DNA from: Octopus sinensis
Taxonomy: Eukaryota
DNA: 64,000 bases
Assembly: GCF_006345805.1 (NCBI RefSeq)
Contig: NC_042997.1
Location: 69,316,001-69,380,000 of the forward strand
Reading direction: 5' to 3'
In this document: piece after piece, positions 1 to 13,589 of the stretch
How positions within the stretch are numbered: the first letter of the stretch is position 1
Layout of the letters: the number at the start of each line of letters is the position of its first letter
Translations under genes and position numbers: made by a program
Notes under the pieces: generated by a model
Seen by the model: only the letters and a program-made list of their open reading frames with translations
Told to the model about the DNA's origin: nothing
The model's database searches: none

Positions 1-135
1 ATATGCTACAAAGAATATTAAACATTTTTATAAGACAATACCGTCGTCTACTGTCTTAGCAGTGTGTCTGATATCACTTTCACTTACTAAGGTTATCTCT
101 ACAGATATTCTATAGTAATTATAGCCAGTACTATA

Positions 136-286
136 GGCGCTGGAGTGGCTGTGTGGTAAGTAGCTTGCTTACCAACCACGTGGTCTCATTGCGTGGCACC
201 TTGGGCAAGTGTCTTCTACTATAGCCTCGGGTTGACCAAAGCCTTGTTAGTGGATTTGGTAGAAAGAAACTCAAAGAAGCCCGTCG

Positions 287-359
<73 letters not shown>

Positions 360-390
360 TGTGTGTGTTGTGTGTGTGTGTGTGTGTGTG

Positions 391-422
<32 letters not shown>

Positions 423-645
423 GTGTGTGTGTGTGTGCGTGTATTTGTTTCTGATTATCCCCTACCATCGCTTGATAACCGGTGTTGAAATGTTTATATC
501 CCCGTAACATAGGGATTCGGCAAAAGAGACCGATAGAATACGTACTAGACTTGCAAAGAATAAATCCTGGCGTCAGTTTGCTCGACTAAAGGCGGTGCTC
601 CAGCATGGCAGCAGTCAAATTACTGTAACAAGTAGATGAAAAAAA
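136..645 (+). mobile_element. tRNA-derived SINE family A with internal (TA)n(TG)n microsatellite
   Basis: ggcgcaggagtggctgtgtggtaag head, tail ending cagtcaaatgactgaaacaagta; several copies in the window. Confidence 0.85.
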
Positions 646-1248
646 AGCTCTGATTTTTATTACGACGTTTCGTATCCGAGACGTCAGATGTAAAAAAACG
701 ATGAGATCGAAGATGAAAAAATGGTAATGGGCGTAACGAAAATAAGTGATACAAGCGCACTGCTAATGCAGTAGAATACGATATTGACTCATAAAAAAAA
801 CGTTTAATATACTTTACAGTTACGATTGCCTAACGAAATACTGCGTCCCTACAAGATACTGACGTTACACCGCTGTATTTAGTGACTATTTGTGCAATTT
901 ATTCATAGATGATTAAAGGGTTAGATGGGTGCTGATGGAGAAGTAACAATTGCCGAAATATAGTATATGCGCCATTTACATTTTTTCTCTTTTTGCCTTT
1001 TCGATATCATTGTTTCTTTACATCTGACGTCTCGGATACGAACCGTTGTACCAAAAATCAGTGCTGGCAATAATTTCTATAGAATATCTATAGAGATAAC
1101 CTTAACAAGTGATGTAAAGCGCACTGCTAACACAGTAGAACGTTTAATATACTTTGTAATATAATATGGCTGCATAACGAAATACCGCGCTCCTACAAGT
1201 CATTAATGTTGCACAGTGTATTATGGGAAGAATATTTACAGAATTCAA

Positions 1249-1647
1249 GGCGGCGAGCTGGCAGAAACGTTAGCACGTCGGGCGAAATGCTTAGCGGTCT
1301 GAGTCCAAATTCTCTTTACGGTCTGAGTCCAAATTCTGCCGAGGTCGACTTTGCCTTTCATCCTTTCGGGGTCGATTAAATAAGTACCAGTTACGCACTG
1401 GGATCAATATAATCGACTTAATCCGTTTGTCTGTTCTTCTTTGTCTCCTCTGTGTTTAGCCCTTTGTGGGTAGGAAAGAAATAGGTATTTCGTCTGTCGT
1501 TATGCTCTGAGTTCAAATTCTGCCGAGATCGACTTTGCCTTTCATCCTTTCGCGATCAATTAATTAAGTACCAGTTGCGCACAGGGGTCAATCTAATCGA
1601 GTGGCCCCTACCCCAAAAATATTTCAGGTCTTGTACCTAGAGTAGAA
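1249..1647 (+). mobile_element. SINE family B (dimeric body) with ~21-bp target-site duplication
   Basis: ggcggcgagctggcagaaacgttagc head and repeated gaggtcgactttgcctttcatcctttc core. TSD aagaatatttacagaat(t/g)caa at 1228-1248 and 1648-1668. Confidence 0.9.
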
Positions 1648-2173
1648 AAGAATATTTACAGAATGCAAACATGTACATGGAATACATAAATGAATGTACG
1701 TCAAAACTCAAAACTTAGGTGTCCGTATTCTGGGAAAGGCGCTACCTAAAGAACGTTTTTTAACAAGTGTGCTTTAGAGTAACAGAAATGCTACACTAGA
1801 GTACATGTTCGCTTAACAGGCTGATAATAGACAGAGAAAGAAGTGGAAGTGATGAAGAAGAAAAAAGGAAACGGAGAGCGAGGTTAAGGAGGAGGAGGAA
1901 AGCAAGAAATCAGCATAAAATGTATAATTAGAGCAACAATTACAATAAAAAGACAATTAGTTGAATATATGACCTAGAATCTCACAAGTAGCAAAGCCAA
2001 TATCTCATGTTATACAGAAGCGCTTCGATGTTATCATTAAGATACTGTGACAGGTAGGTAGATGGCAACATTGTATAGATCCAGTTTTGTATTACGATAA
2101 AGTGCGCTTCAGTGTTTTTATTGTTGTTTTGGTTAATACCAGCTCATTTTTTATGAAAAAGTGTAATAATATA

Positions 2174-2588
2174 GGCGCAGGAGTGGCTGTGTGGTAAGTA
2201 GCTTGCTAACCAACCACATGGTTCCGGGTTCAATCACTCTGCGTGGCATCTTGGGCAAGTGTCTTCTGCTATAGCCCCGGGCCGACCAATGCCTTGTGAG
2301 TGGATTTGGTAGACGGAAACTGAAAGAAGCCTGTCGTATATATGTATATATATATATGTGTTTGTTTGTGTGTCTGTGTTTGTTCCCCTAGCATTGCTTG
2401 ACAACCGATGCTGGTGTGTTTACGTCCCCGTCACTTAGCGGTTCGGCAAAAAAGAGACCGATAGAATAAGTAATGGGCTTCAAAGAATAAGTCCCGGAGT
2501 CGAGTTGCTCGATTAAAGGCGGTGCTCCAGCATGGCCGCAGTCAAATGACTGAAACAAGTAAAAGAGAAAAAGAGAAAAAAAGAGAAA
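2174..2588 (+). mobile_element. SINE family A
   Basis: Complete head with A/B-box-like motifs, short internal microsatellite and (AAAAGAG)n tail. Confidence 0.9.
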
Positions 2589-2699
2589 TCAAAGGCGTTC
2601 CATCCGCGATCACCTTATCTTTTTATATACCAGGAACTTCATTATACAATGTATTCTTTCCATTATCAAGATATTGTAGTCATATTTGAGGGATAGTTT

Positions 2700-3775
2700 G
2701 ATGCTATTTCTAGTAAATTGTTTTTCCTGATTGACTTTCATTAACGTTGGTGGGGGATAATGACATCATGGAATTGTTATTTATATATATCATTCGCTCG
2801 TGGCATTCCTACATCTTTTACGCAAACAACGAATTTGCTCTATTTCTGTCATATTATCATTCACTGACGTTGCTGCTATTCAGTCCCCGGGTAAATTCTG
2901 ATGGACATGTCTATGATCAAAAGTGTTCCAACCGATTCCGTCCCAACTTTGCCGTATCCAGGACTGCATTGTCCAGTGTGTCCCTTCTTGTTTTAAAGAC
3001 CCTAGATGTGATTTGAGCTGTTGATAGCTATCTTTTCCGTATCCAACAACTATGTATAAAGACTTGCTCATGAGGCTTATACGTTGCGTGTTTAATAAGT
3101 ATCCGGACAGTTGCCATAGTAACGAAGCTACATCACGCAAAGTAAAGCCCCTTGGCACAATTTGACCTTTCCTTGAACACTGTTGTACATGCGCACTAAT
3201 TTTTAACGTTCTAGCTCACTTCCACTGTTTACAACAGTGCTTGGAAGGAGGGTGTGTAACGTGTGATCATCGCATTGAATATGACGTAGAATGTTGAGCA
3301 GAGATTCTGCATCAAATTTTGTTAAAAGCTTGGTGATACCTGCTCAGAGGCCTACGCAAAGGTTTCAAAAAGTGTTCACCATTCTCTACACAATCAAGGA
3401 GATCGTGTGCAACTGAAACCCGAGCGTATTTTTGGTCAGTTTTGGTACAAAATTGGCAGACACGCGTCTCATACCCAATTCTTCAATGATAAAGGACTGA
3501 ACTGAACCGTAACTAATCTACACAACCTCACAACTGCATACATATCTGTGATGTTTCTCTCAGTTCTGCTGTTTGCGGGTCTCCCAGAACGTTCGTCAAT
3601 ATTGACATTTTTTCAGCTATCTTAGAAACGTCTGAACCACTCGCTCACATGTATGTGTCTCATACACTCCTCTCCATACGCTTTCTGCAAGTTTGCGTAG
3701 GCCTCTGAGCAGGTATCGCCATGACAACTTTCTCAGTCATGGGTCAATGTAACGATCACATGCTACTTACCTTCC
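2700..3775 (-). mobile_element. Rearranged mariner remnant with an internal inverted copy of its 5' end
   Basis: Minus strand AYANLQKAYGEECM...EWFRRF...DERSGRP and decayed C-terminal motifs. Perfect 26-bp inverted repeat at 3335-3360 / 3692-3717. Confidence 0.7.
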
Positions 3776-3839
3776 TTTTTTATGTGGATGTTAGTGACTT
3801 TAGTCTTGTCTCCTTTATATTTGTGAAGCACACAAATGA

Positions 3840-4310
3840 AATCTTTGGACTCCCATATGAGAAGAAGTGGTAGGATCAAAGACCTTCCAACGTTGTTGAA
3901 AAAGACGACACCACCGTTATTTGGGATTTCAATATCCAAACAGATCGTACTATTCAGGAGAACAGTCAGATATCTTTTATCTTTTACTTGTATTAGTCAT
4001 TAGACTGTGGCCATGCTGGGGCACCGCTTTTAGTGAAAAAATTCACATTGACAAAACGTATTTCTTGTCAATACCAGCAGATGACACTTCTGTAAAATCA
4101 TTTGAAAAGTTAATGCAAGGATCTTGAAAAAGAAATCTCAAAAACGTGGCATCTTAGAGCGACAGTCGTATCTATGACCATTGGAGCTTTCGGGGTAATA
4201 CAAAATGGCACGTTTAAACAATACGACCAAATACAATAAAACTCAAAAGTATCTGAGCTACATAAAATTGTTCTCGTAAGAGCTACCCGCATCTTCAGAA
4301 AAAACACTGT
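3840..4310 (+). mobile_element. Highly degraded R4/Dong-like RLE fragment
   Basis: Broken-frame remnants TVIWDFNIQTDRTIQ, SIPADD and SELHKIVLVRATRIFRK. Confidence 0.6.
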
Positions 4311-4423
4311 TAACCTAAGAAAACCTGATTCTCTTAAAACTCATTCAAAATTGAAGTATTACAAATTTAACAGAATCTGATTTCATCTTCCCACAATATA
4401 AAATTTGTAATCATAAATAATGT

Positions 4424-4640
4424 GGAGGCGTGTGGCTTAGTGGTTAGGATGTCAGCATCATGATCGTAAGATTGTGGTTTCGATTCCTGGACCGGGCGAC
4501 GCGTTGTGCTCTTGAGCAAAGCACTTCATTTCACGTTGTTCCAGTCCACTCAGCTGGCATAAATGATTAACGTTGCGATGGACTGGCGTCCCGTCCAGCT
4601 GGGGAACACATACGCCATAGAAACCGGGAAACCGGGCCCA
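4424..4640 (+). mobile_element. tRNA-derived SINE family C
   Basis: ggaggcgtgtggcttagtggtta...gtttcgattcc head; aatcataaata on both sides. Confidence 0.8.
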
Positions 4641-4764
4641 TTTATATCTTTTATTTAATCATAAATACTACTCATATTAAAAAGTTCAACATGCTATTAC
4701 TTGAAATCTCTGGGTATGGCATGGAACAGCTTGTACAAAAAACAACAATAATAACACAACAAAA

Positions 4765-4810
<46 letters not shown>

Positions 4811-4904
4811 TGATGATGATGATGATGGTGATGATAATAATAATAATAATAATAAGAATAAGAAGAAGAAGAAGAGAAGAAGAAGAAGAAGAAGAAGATT
4901 GAAA

Positions 4905-5617
4905 CAGTGGACCACCTAATCTCTGGATGTAAAGTCTTAGCACCAGTGGTGTATAAATTAAGACATGACAGAGTTGGCCAATATCTCCACTGGCTAATAA
5001 GTCGGCATTACAATATCAAAACTGCCGACAAGTGGTATAATCACCACCCTGAGGCTGTAACTGAAGGAGAAAATGTAACCATTCTGTGGGACTTTCCAGT
5101 ACATACAGACCGAACCATCAAGGCCAATAAACCAGATATTGTTGTGAAAGACCAAAACAATAAAGTTTGCTTATTGATCGACATGAGCATCCCCTGTGAT
5201 CATAATATCTCAGCGAAAGAGTTTGACAAGCTCAGAAAATATAAAGACCTACTCATTGAAATTGAGAAAATGTGGCATCTCAAGGCGGTTACAATACCAG
5301 TGATCGTAGGAGCACTAGGAATGATCAAGAAGGGAACCGAAAATTATATGAGAATAATCCCTGGCTTACCATCCCTGCAAGAAGTGCAAAAGATTGTCTT
5401 AACTGGTACATCACACGTATTGAGAAGAGCATTGTCGATGTGAGAACTGTTGCTGCTCATGTATTTTAATTTAACTTTAAAAAAAAAAAAAAAAAAATTA
5501 ACGAACTACTGAGTTTGGTTTAATGGCCTACCAATGTATGCTATGAGTTTGTTTGCCCTAGGAGTCGGGAAGACACTCGGCAAGAAATGGAAGGAAATTT
5601 GAAAGAAGAAAAAAAAA

Positions 5618-5620
<3 letters not shown>
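4905..5620 (+). mobile_element. 5'-truncated R4/Dong-like non-LTR retrotransposon (RLE domain)
   Basis: ORF 4907-5443 with HLISGC, RHDRV, ILWDFPVHTDRTIKANKPDIVV (PD..D/ExK nuclease), KYKDL and LQKIVLTGT-type end. (TAA)n-type tracts on both sides. Confidence 0.9.
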
Positions 5621-5679
<59 letters not shown>

Positions 5680-6041
5680 CAAGGAGAAGAGGATAAATTA
5701 GAACATTCATTCTATCTGCTTTAGTAAAAACGGTCCGGTTAGTGCCAGTGAAGTAAGCTACGAAGAACAAATGTGGATTCCTACTGAGAACGAGAGAACT
5801 ACAAGATGAAATTACATGGTCTGTGTGAGCAGAACAGTGGAAATTTTGGTAATTGGAAAAGTGTGAAAAATAGGATGTTCATTTCTGTTGTCAGCATTAT
5901 AAAGAAAGGGAGTTCAGAAGGGTAAAGAACAGCAGCGATACATAGAGAGAGAGGGGTGAGAGGGAGTGAGAGAGAATAAGGGAGGAGTTAATTGAAAGGA
6001 AAAGTAAAACCACAGAACAATGAGGAAGAAAATATCATAAC

Positions 6042-6099
<58 letters not shown>

Positions 6100-6920
6100 T
6101 AATAATAATAATAATAATAATCATAATAATAAATAGCAGCAATAATAAACAAAGAACAACTGTTACGAGTTAAGCTATATACAACGAATAAAAAGAACTG
6201 AATAATAGCAATCTAAAGTAACGACTACAAAAGAAAAGAACCAATAACAAGCACAGACAGCAAAACTACAAGAAAGCCTTTTTTTTATAGATATTATGTA
6301 CGTAAATGCATTTAAATAGGTGTAAGATGCTGTAGGTACTAAATATTGCATTAGAGCAATATGAAAGAAAGTATACTAATCAGATGAAGTGTTTGAAGGT
6401 TTGCCAGTTAATACTCATTTCTGCAGACACTACAGAAATAAACCTTATTAAAGGTTACTGAATTACATACATAAAAAAAAACTCTGAATATGTTCAGCTT
6501 TAGTAGGTTCCCCTAAATTTCTCTGTTTAGATAAGGTGTTTTAGTTACTAGAATACGCAATATACTGGTCTTGATCGTCGATTGCAGATGTGAATTCAGT
6601 TGTTAACTCACACATCACGGTCCATTGTCGATAGTTTATCCTTTCACCGCCTTTACTATTTGGATTGTGACCATGCTGGAACTCCGTCTCATCGAGAGTA
6701 TTTTGTCTGTTACTTATTTCCTAGCTATAAGGATGTAACTTAGGTTTGCAGTGTATTTTTTGTTCGCCGCACAGACTTTTATCCGGTTACACTTGCAGAG
6801 CTACACACTTCACTTACAGTATATACACATACATGCACACACATACGATCACATATTTTTTCCCCCGAAAACATGCAGTTTTCTACTTATTCATGCAAAT
6901 AGCCAACAACTTGACTTGTT

Positions 6921-7313
6921 TTTTCTTTTTACTTGTTTCAGTCATTTGACCGTGGCCATGCTGGAGCACCGCCTTTAGTCGAGCAAATGGTCCCCAGAAC
7001 TTATTCTTTGTAAGCCTAGTACTTATTCTATCGGTCTCTTTTGCCGAACCGCTAGTTACGGGGACGTAAACACACCACCATCGGTTGTCAAGCGATGTTG
7101 CGGGGACAAACACAGACACGCAGACATATACACACATACATATATATATATACGACGGGCTTCTTTCAGTTTCCGTCTACCAAATCCACTCACAAGGCAT
7201 TGGTCGGCCCGAGGCTATAGTAGAAGGCACTTGCCCAAGGTACCACGCAGTGGGACTGAACCCGGAACCATGTGGTTGGTAAGCAAGCTACTTACTACAC
7301 AGCCACTGCTGCT
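6921..7313 (-). mobile_element. SINE family A
   Basis: Reverse complement of the 2174 copy. Confidence 0.9.
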
Positions 7314-7529
7314 TCTATCTTGTTAGCCAGGAATTGCAAGAGTGCTGATTGAAGCCAGCAATTAGATTTCACGAATCAAATCTTCTTTCGTGTAAGGGGA
7401 TTATACACACACTCGCGCACACACACATATTATTATGATCAGGAAACCTTGGATATATGTTTGCAAGATGTGTGGTTTTCTGATCGAAATAATATTATAT
7501 TCCACCATTTATCAAACTGTATATAATTG

Positions 7530-7920
7530 TTTTTACTTGTTTCAGTCAAACTGCAGTCATGCTGGGGCATCACCTTCAAAAATTTTTACTCGAATGTATC
7601 GAACCCAGTACTTATTTTTTACAAACTTGGTACTTATTCTATGTGTTTCCTTTGTCAAACTGCTAGCTTACGGAGGATGTAAACACACCGGCACTTATTG
7701 TCATGCAGTGGTGGGGGAACAAACTCAGACATAAAGAGACACACGCGCGAGCGCACATATGCATATATACAACCGGCTTCTTTAAGTTTCCATCTGCCAA
7801 ATTCACTCACAAGGCTTTGATTGGCCCGAAGCTATAGTAGAATACACTTCCCCCAAGATACCACGCAGGACGACTGAAACCAGAACCACGTGGTTGGGAA
7901 GCAAGCTTCTCACCACCCAC
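7530..7920 (-). mobile_element. SINE family A (diverged)
   Basis: Diverged reverse-complement match. Confidence 0.75.
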
Positions 7921-7942
7921 TTTCTCTCTCTCTCCCTTCCAT

Positions 7943-8010
<68 letters not shown>

Positions 8011-8703
8011 ATATATATATATATACACATACGTATACATATGTGCCTGTGTATGTGCGCACTTATACAAACACACACACATTCATAAATATACGCATTC
8101 AATACATTTCTGTGAGAGTAGATATGTATACATTTTTACTCATATATAAGTATATATCTATATACAGGCATCAATGAATGAACATGTTGCTTACTATACA
8201 AAACGTGCATGCATGTGAAGCGTATATGTGGATGCGTGCGAGTATGTACGTTTGTAATGTGCAACATTAACGGCCTGTTTGTGATGGTCTTATTTCTAAG
8301 GCTGAACTGATGCAAATTTTGCCCAAACTGTTGCCACTGAAATGTCCGTATCATTTCACTGCTCTGCCAATGTATATTATCACTCTGGTATGAAATATTA
8401 AGATCGTAAAGCTGTCAGAAAATGGTAGTAATTTTATCTTTATCGCCGAAACATTAGTGATGATAGTCAGCGGCAGGGAATACAAGAATTTTTGGCAATT
8501 TTAAATGTGTGTTTGTGCGCACTTGTGTGTATGGGTGTGTATTTGTATGTACAGACATGTATTTCTGTGTATGTCTTTATGTGACAGTGTTAGCTATTTT
8601 GCGTATGTAGTTACAAAGAAGAGAAAAATATTTTGTCTGGCTAGCCACCACTTCATGATAGAAGTAAAGGCGCCCCAGTTCAGACAACTTTGCATTAATA
8701 ATT

Positions 8704-8755
<52 letters not shown>

Positions 8756-9019
8756 TAATAATAATAATAATAATGTTAAAAAATATCTAATGCAAATAAT
8801 TAACACGGAAAGAAAACGAAAGTGAAACAATAAAACTATTCCCCTAAGTTTTGATCTGTGTAAATAGCATAACACAAGGAGTGGTAAGGAACTTATGATT
8901 ACCATTAGTGTGAGATATTTATCATAGGTCAGACTGAACATGAACTAGCCATCTTCGAAAGTAACAAAAATAACAAAAATAACAAAAATATTTATTATTA
9001 GTAGTACGCGCTCTTACAG

Positions 9020-9600
9020 TTCTCGAACATTTCTGAATTGTGTAGTTATATAGAACAGCTGCTATCACGTGTATGGTATATCCGGCTATTGGTCGACTCC
9101 ATCGTGAAGATCATCCGCTGGCATCCTTTGGTCTGGAAGGGCAGGTTGTTTTCCTTTGTCTGGTAGTTATGGTGAAAGTGGATATGTGGAGGACGAGGGT
9201 AAAAGGCGTGAAGGCAGACAATTTCTTCTTCGACCAATACTTCATCGAAATTTTAAAATTCCATTTGAAAGGGAAAGCGAGGGTTGAAAGGTAATATGCT
9301 GCTCCCCGCCTCAGATGGAGGGGAAGTGAACGTGGCGAGTATGGACCGGGAGGGGTGCCGATTTTAAACTCGTTTCCGTAGGCTGTAGAGTATGGAGGAT
9401 AGAGGAGCAACAGTCATGGCTTTCTTGGTAAGTACCGAGGCTCGGAACATAGATTCTTTGGTTGCCACTGGGTGGCGATTTTTGTTGTGCTAGATTTTTT
9501 GTGGGATGGGGTGTTGTTTTGTTAGTATTTTTGTTATTGTTTTTTTATTGCATTCACGTTTCCATGTATATTCTCACTGTCCTAAATGTTTTAGCGGCTC
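9020..9600 (+). mobile_element. Tx1/L1-clade LINE 3' fragment (same family as 13590)
   Basis: ELCSYIEQLLSRV...GQVVFLCLVVMVKVDMWRTRVKG...FHLKGKARVER. Confidence 0.8.
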
Positions 9601-9644
9601 ATGTGGGCAGTAAATAAAAGAATCTTCTTCTCCTTCATCATCAA

Positions 9645-9690
<46 letters not shown>

Positions 9691-9695
9691 TTCTT

Positions 9696-9852
<157 letters not shown>

Positions 9853-9859
9853 TATGTTT

Positions 9860-10720
9860 GACTTTTGCTTTATATTTGTACAAGTTGGCTCCAAGTCTCA
9901 CCCAGAGACCTCAAGAGACAACAGAGTTGGAAGTTCATGTTGTTGTTATGCCTAGTGTGCCATATATTTGGGGGGTGGGGATGTTGTACTAATGAATGTC
10001 TAAAAAAAAAAGGTTTTTTTTTTTTTTTTTTAAACCGAAAATTATGTTTGTTTTAAACCTTGAGATTACATAGAGAGTATTTTGCGTAGGATATGAGCAG
10101 TTCCCATGAGCACTATCTTTTGAACTTCTGCCATTTTTGGGTTTCCTGGTATCTGAGTTAGGTAGCTATCAGCCCCTTTTCCTATCATTCCCAGGGCACC
10201 TATGACAACAGGTATTGTTTTAGTCTTCAGCTTCCACATTTTGCTGATTTCTATTTCAAGATCTTTATATTTGCTCAGTTTTTGGTAGGTCTTGACAGAT
10301 ACGTTTATATCGATTGGGACAGTCATATCAATGAGGAGGCATGTTCTTTGTTTGAAGTTTTTCAATATGATGTCTGGCCTATTTGCATCTATCTTCCTGT
10401 CAGTTTGAATGGTGAAGTTCCAGAGGAGTGAGATGTGGTCATTTTCAAGCACTGGGGGTGGTTTGTGTTCCCACCAGTTTTTTTCATGGGGCAAATCCAG
10501 GTTTTTACAGATTACCCAGTGAATATATTGTGCAGCTCTATCGTGCCTGTTGAGATACTCTGTAGGCGCTAGAAGACTGCACTTGGAGACCACATGGTCA
10601 ATGGTTTCATTTTGTTGCTTGCATACACGACACGTTGGACTGCTTCTGATCTTTAATATGTTGGCCTGGTAGTTTCTTGTTGGTAGGCATTGATCTTGAG
10701 CTGCTATGATAAACCCTTAT
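9860..10720 (-). mobile_element. 5'-truncated R4/Dong-like LINE
   Basis: ORF 10066-10593 (RHDRAA...LWNFTIQTDRKIDANRPDIIL...KYKDLEIE) with upstream CCHC (CRVCKQQNETIDHVVSKC). (ATT)n tracts on both sides. Confidence 0.9.
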
Positions 10721-10776
10721 TATAATAATAATAATAATAATAATATTATAATAATAATAATAATAATTATTATTAT

Positions 10777-10891
<115 letters not shown>

Positions 10892-10922
10892 ATTAATATT
10901 ATTATTATTATTATTATTATTA

Positions 10923-10959
<37 letters not shown>

Positions 10960-10965
<6 letters not shown>

Positions 10966-11405
10966 TAGTCTTATTTTTATCACGTGCTTTCACTGCAATC
11001 CCGAGCGCAGATCTGTGTGCCTTGGGTATGTGTTGTGATTTGTTGTGATGCAATTATTTTTACTATATTGAAAGCGTTTTACGTAGGATGTGTGGGGCGC
11101 ATAGTAGTGCTATTTTCTATATGTTATATATACTTGTAAGTCCTGGTGTTTTTGTTATGTATTTGTCTGAATATTTTTTATCATACCTAATGCACCTAAT
11201 ATGATAGGAATTGTTACTGATTTTAGACTCCGCATTCGAGTTACCTCTATTTCCAGACGTTTGTATTTTGAAAGTTTCCCCGTTTCTTTTAGAGAAGCAT
11301 TGTCATTTGTTGGTATTGATACATCGATTAGGAAGCGTTTTTTTCCCGGCTATCTCAGATAACTATATTGGCCTTAATTTTTCAATCTTTGCATATTCGC
11401 ATATT
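10960..11405 (-). mobile_element. Degraded R4/Dong-like LINE 3' fragment
   Basis: Nucleotide similarity to the 15025 copy; bounded by (ATT)n and (GTA/GGT)n tracts. Confidence 0.7.
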
Positions 11406-11478
11406 CCAGAGTAGTAGTAGTAGTAGTGGTGGTGGTAGTGGTGGTGGTGGTGGTTGTGGTTGTGGTTGTGGTGGAGGA

Positions 11479-11532
<54 letters not shown>

Positions 11533-11844
11533 CATTTCGCTTATAGTTACTAAATCTGCCTTTATTTTCTTTCTAACGTTCTTGATTCAAGTCTGGTACC
11601 TAAGACTGAGAGAACCTTTTACATGATATGTGCAATACCCAAGAAGGCAGGGTTTTGTATTGTGACGATATCATATTCGATTTTCAGCTGGTCAGTGTTG
11701 GTAGAACTCTAGTGTTCCTAACTCTTCAGGAAAAAATTTAGTAGTGATGTCCTACATGTGTGTGTATGTATGTAAGCATCTATGCAAGCATATGCGTATG
11801 TAATATAAGTCTCTTGATAATAAAATTTTGAATTTACCTTTTAG

Positions 11845-11981
11845 AGTGTATCTCAGTATGGACGAATACAAAACAGCCTTAAATGTGAACGGAAGTACTC
11901 ATTTAAATGTCTATTTTGCCTCATGGTCTTTAAAAGGACTTGCCACTTTTCCTTGGGAAAAAAACGTCTACAGTTCATTAG
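11845..11981 (+). CDS. PAPPA: Pappalysin (peptidase M43B) homolog, first exon visible in window
   Basis: ttag|...|gtgag; translates (R)VYLSMDEYKTALNVNGSTHLNVYFASWSLKGLATFPWEKNVYSSL(G), matching recalled human PAPP-A AYLDVNELKNILKLDGSTHLNIFFA...GVATWPWDK. 137 nt, phase fits the next exon. Confidence 0.93.
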
Positions 11982-12829
11982 GTGAGTATTCTTGTTATTT
12001 TTGACTGATTTGATTTCTAATAAACAACTCTAATCTGTATTTCTTTGAGTATCAAATAAATACGTCAAGTTCCCGATTAAATTACCGAATTAAGAGCAAC
12101 AATGGTTAAGTGGTTAATTTTCCAAATTCTTTATCTCATCTTACAGCAGTTGTTGATTAACACCTATTTCAGAATGGAAAATGGATAGAAAATATTTTAC
12201 TATTTCCGTTTAGAAAGAGTTACAGCTTTCTTATAAATAATGCTCATAAGATTTTCACAGTTGCAAATGAAGTTGACTTATCTCAATTGAAGCAAGTGTT
12301 TTCTTGAAAATACCGATTATATTTATCATTATCCTACACAATACCAGTATCGACGATTGATTCTTAAAATAGCAGTGTTATTTTTACAAGAAGCCCAACA
12401 ATGAAAGGGTGATATGGTAATCAGTTTAGCGCTAAATGCCTCATCATTACGTTTGAATTTTGAGCGCGGCATTGAAAAGTTCCAGCTTTAACCAATTTTT
12501 TGCGATTAGTTAACATCACTGCAAGGTGAGATTCACTTTTGTTAGTTCGAGCCTTTCCTTTAAAATATCATTGCGGTCACATTAGTTCTGTTTAAGCACT
12601 GTACTTCGTATATGATAGAGTTTTAACATAAGCACTTTCTGTATATCGTATAAATGATGCACTTACACTCTCAGACGTACATTTCAAAACATTTATATGT
12701 ATAGCACAGATGCTTGAAGAACATATGTATTAAAATAATGAGACTTATTCTTAAGGCACATGCATTACATTCCCTTACATGACTAATTCGTGAGTTGTTA
12801 ACATATAAAGTATCGTATTTTCACTTCAG

Positions 12830-13120
12830 GGGGAACTATAGTTGACACAAACAGTTTTGGTGTTCCTGGGAAGTTAGACGAACTGATACATGAGTTTGGA
12901 CATAACCTAGGACTTTGGCATGTCCACCATGGAGTATCGGAACTAAAATGCAACGACCGATGCCGAGAGACTGAACCTTCTTTAGAACTAGGTGATTTGT
13001 GTTCAGATACGCTCCCAACGATCCAGAACATGAACTGTCGAGATCCAGATTCGACTGTCAGAAGATGTGGAATGGGGCCGTTTAAGAACACACCATTCCG
13101 TAACTATATGAGCTATGCAA
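12830..13120 (+). CDS. PAPPA: Pappalysin catalytic exon (zinc-binding motif and Met-turn)
   Basis: ttcag|...|gtaagt; GTIVDTNSFGVPGKLDELIHEFGHNLGLWHVHHGVSELKCNDRCRETEPSLELGDLCSDT...PFRNYMSYA, containing HExxHxxGxxH and the metzincin Met-turn. 291 nt. Confidence 0.97.
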
Positions 13121-13337
13121 GTAAGTATAAATATCATTAGTACTTTTATTAAATGGCAGTATTGTTAGAGGTTTTTGCTATTTATTCAGGCTCACTTTTG
13201 TTTTAAAATTCCGACGAAACCGACTTTGTTTTACATCCTTTCGGGGCCAATAAAGTAAGTACCAGTTAATTACTGAAGTTGATGTAATCCACTAACTCCA
13301 TCTCTTCGAAATTACTGGATTGTGTCAAAATTTGAAG

Positions 13338-13339
<2 letters not shown>

Positions 13340-13402
<63 letters not shown>

Positions 13403-13414
13403 AATAATAATAAC

Positions 13415-13447
<33 letters not shown>

Positions 13448-13487
13448 TATTATTATTATTATTATTATTCTTATTATTATTATTATT

Positions 13488-13519
<32 letters not shown>

Positions 13520-13524
13520 TATCA

Positions 13525-13585
<61 letters not shown>
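13340..13585. repeat. Compound trinucleotide microsatellite (ATT/AAT/ATC), representative of many in the window
   Basis: Seen directly. Similar arrays at 4770-4900, 9640-9850, 10720-10960, 11420-11530 and 33480-33910. Confidence 0.95.
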
Positions 13586-13589
13586 TGTT

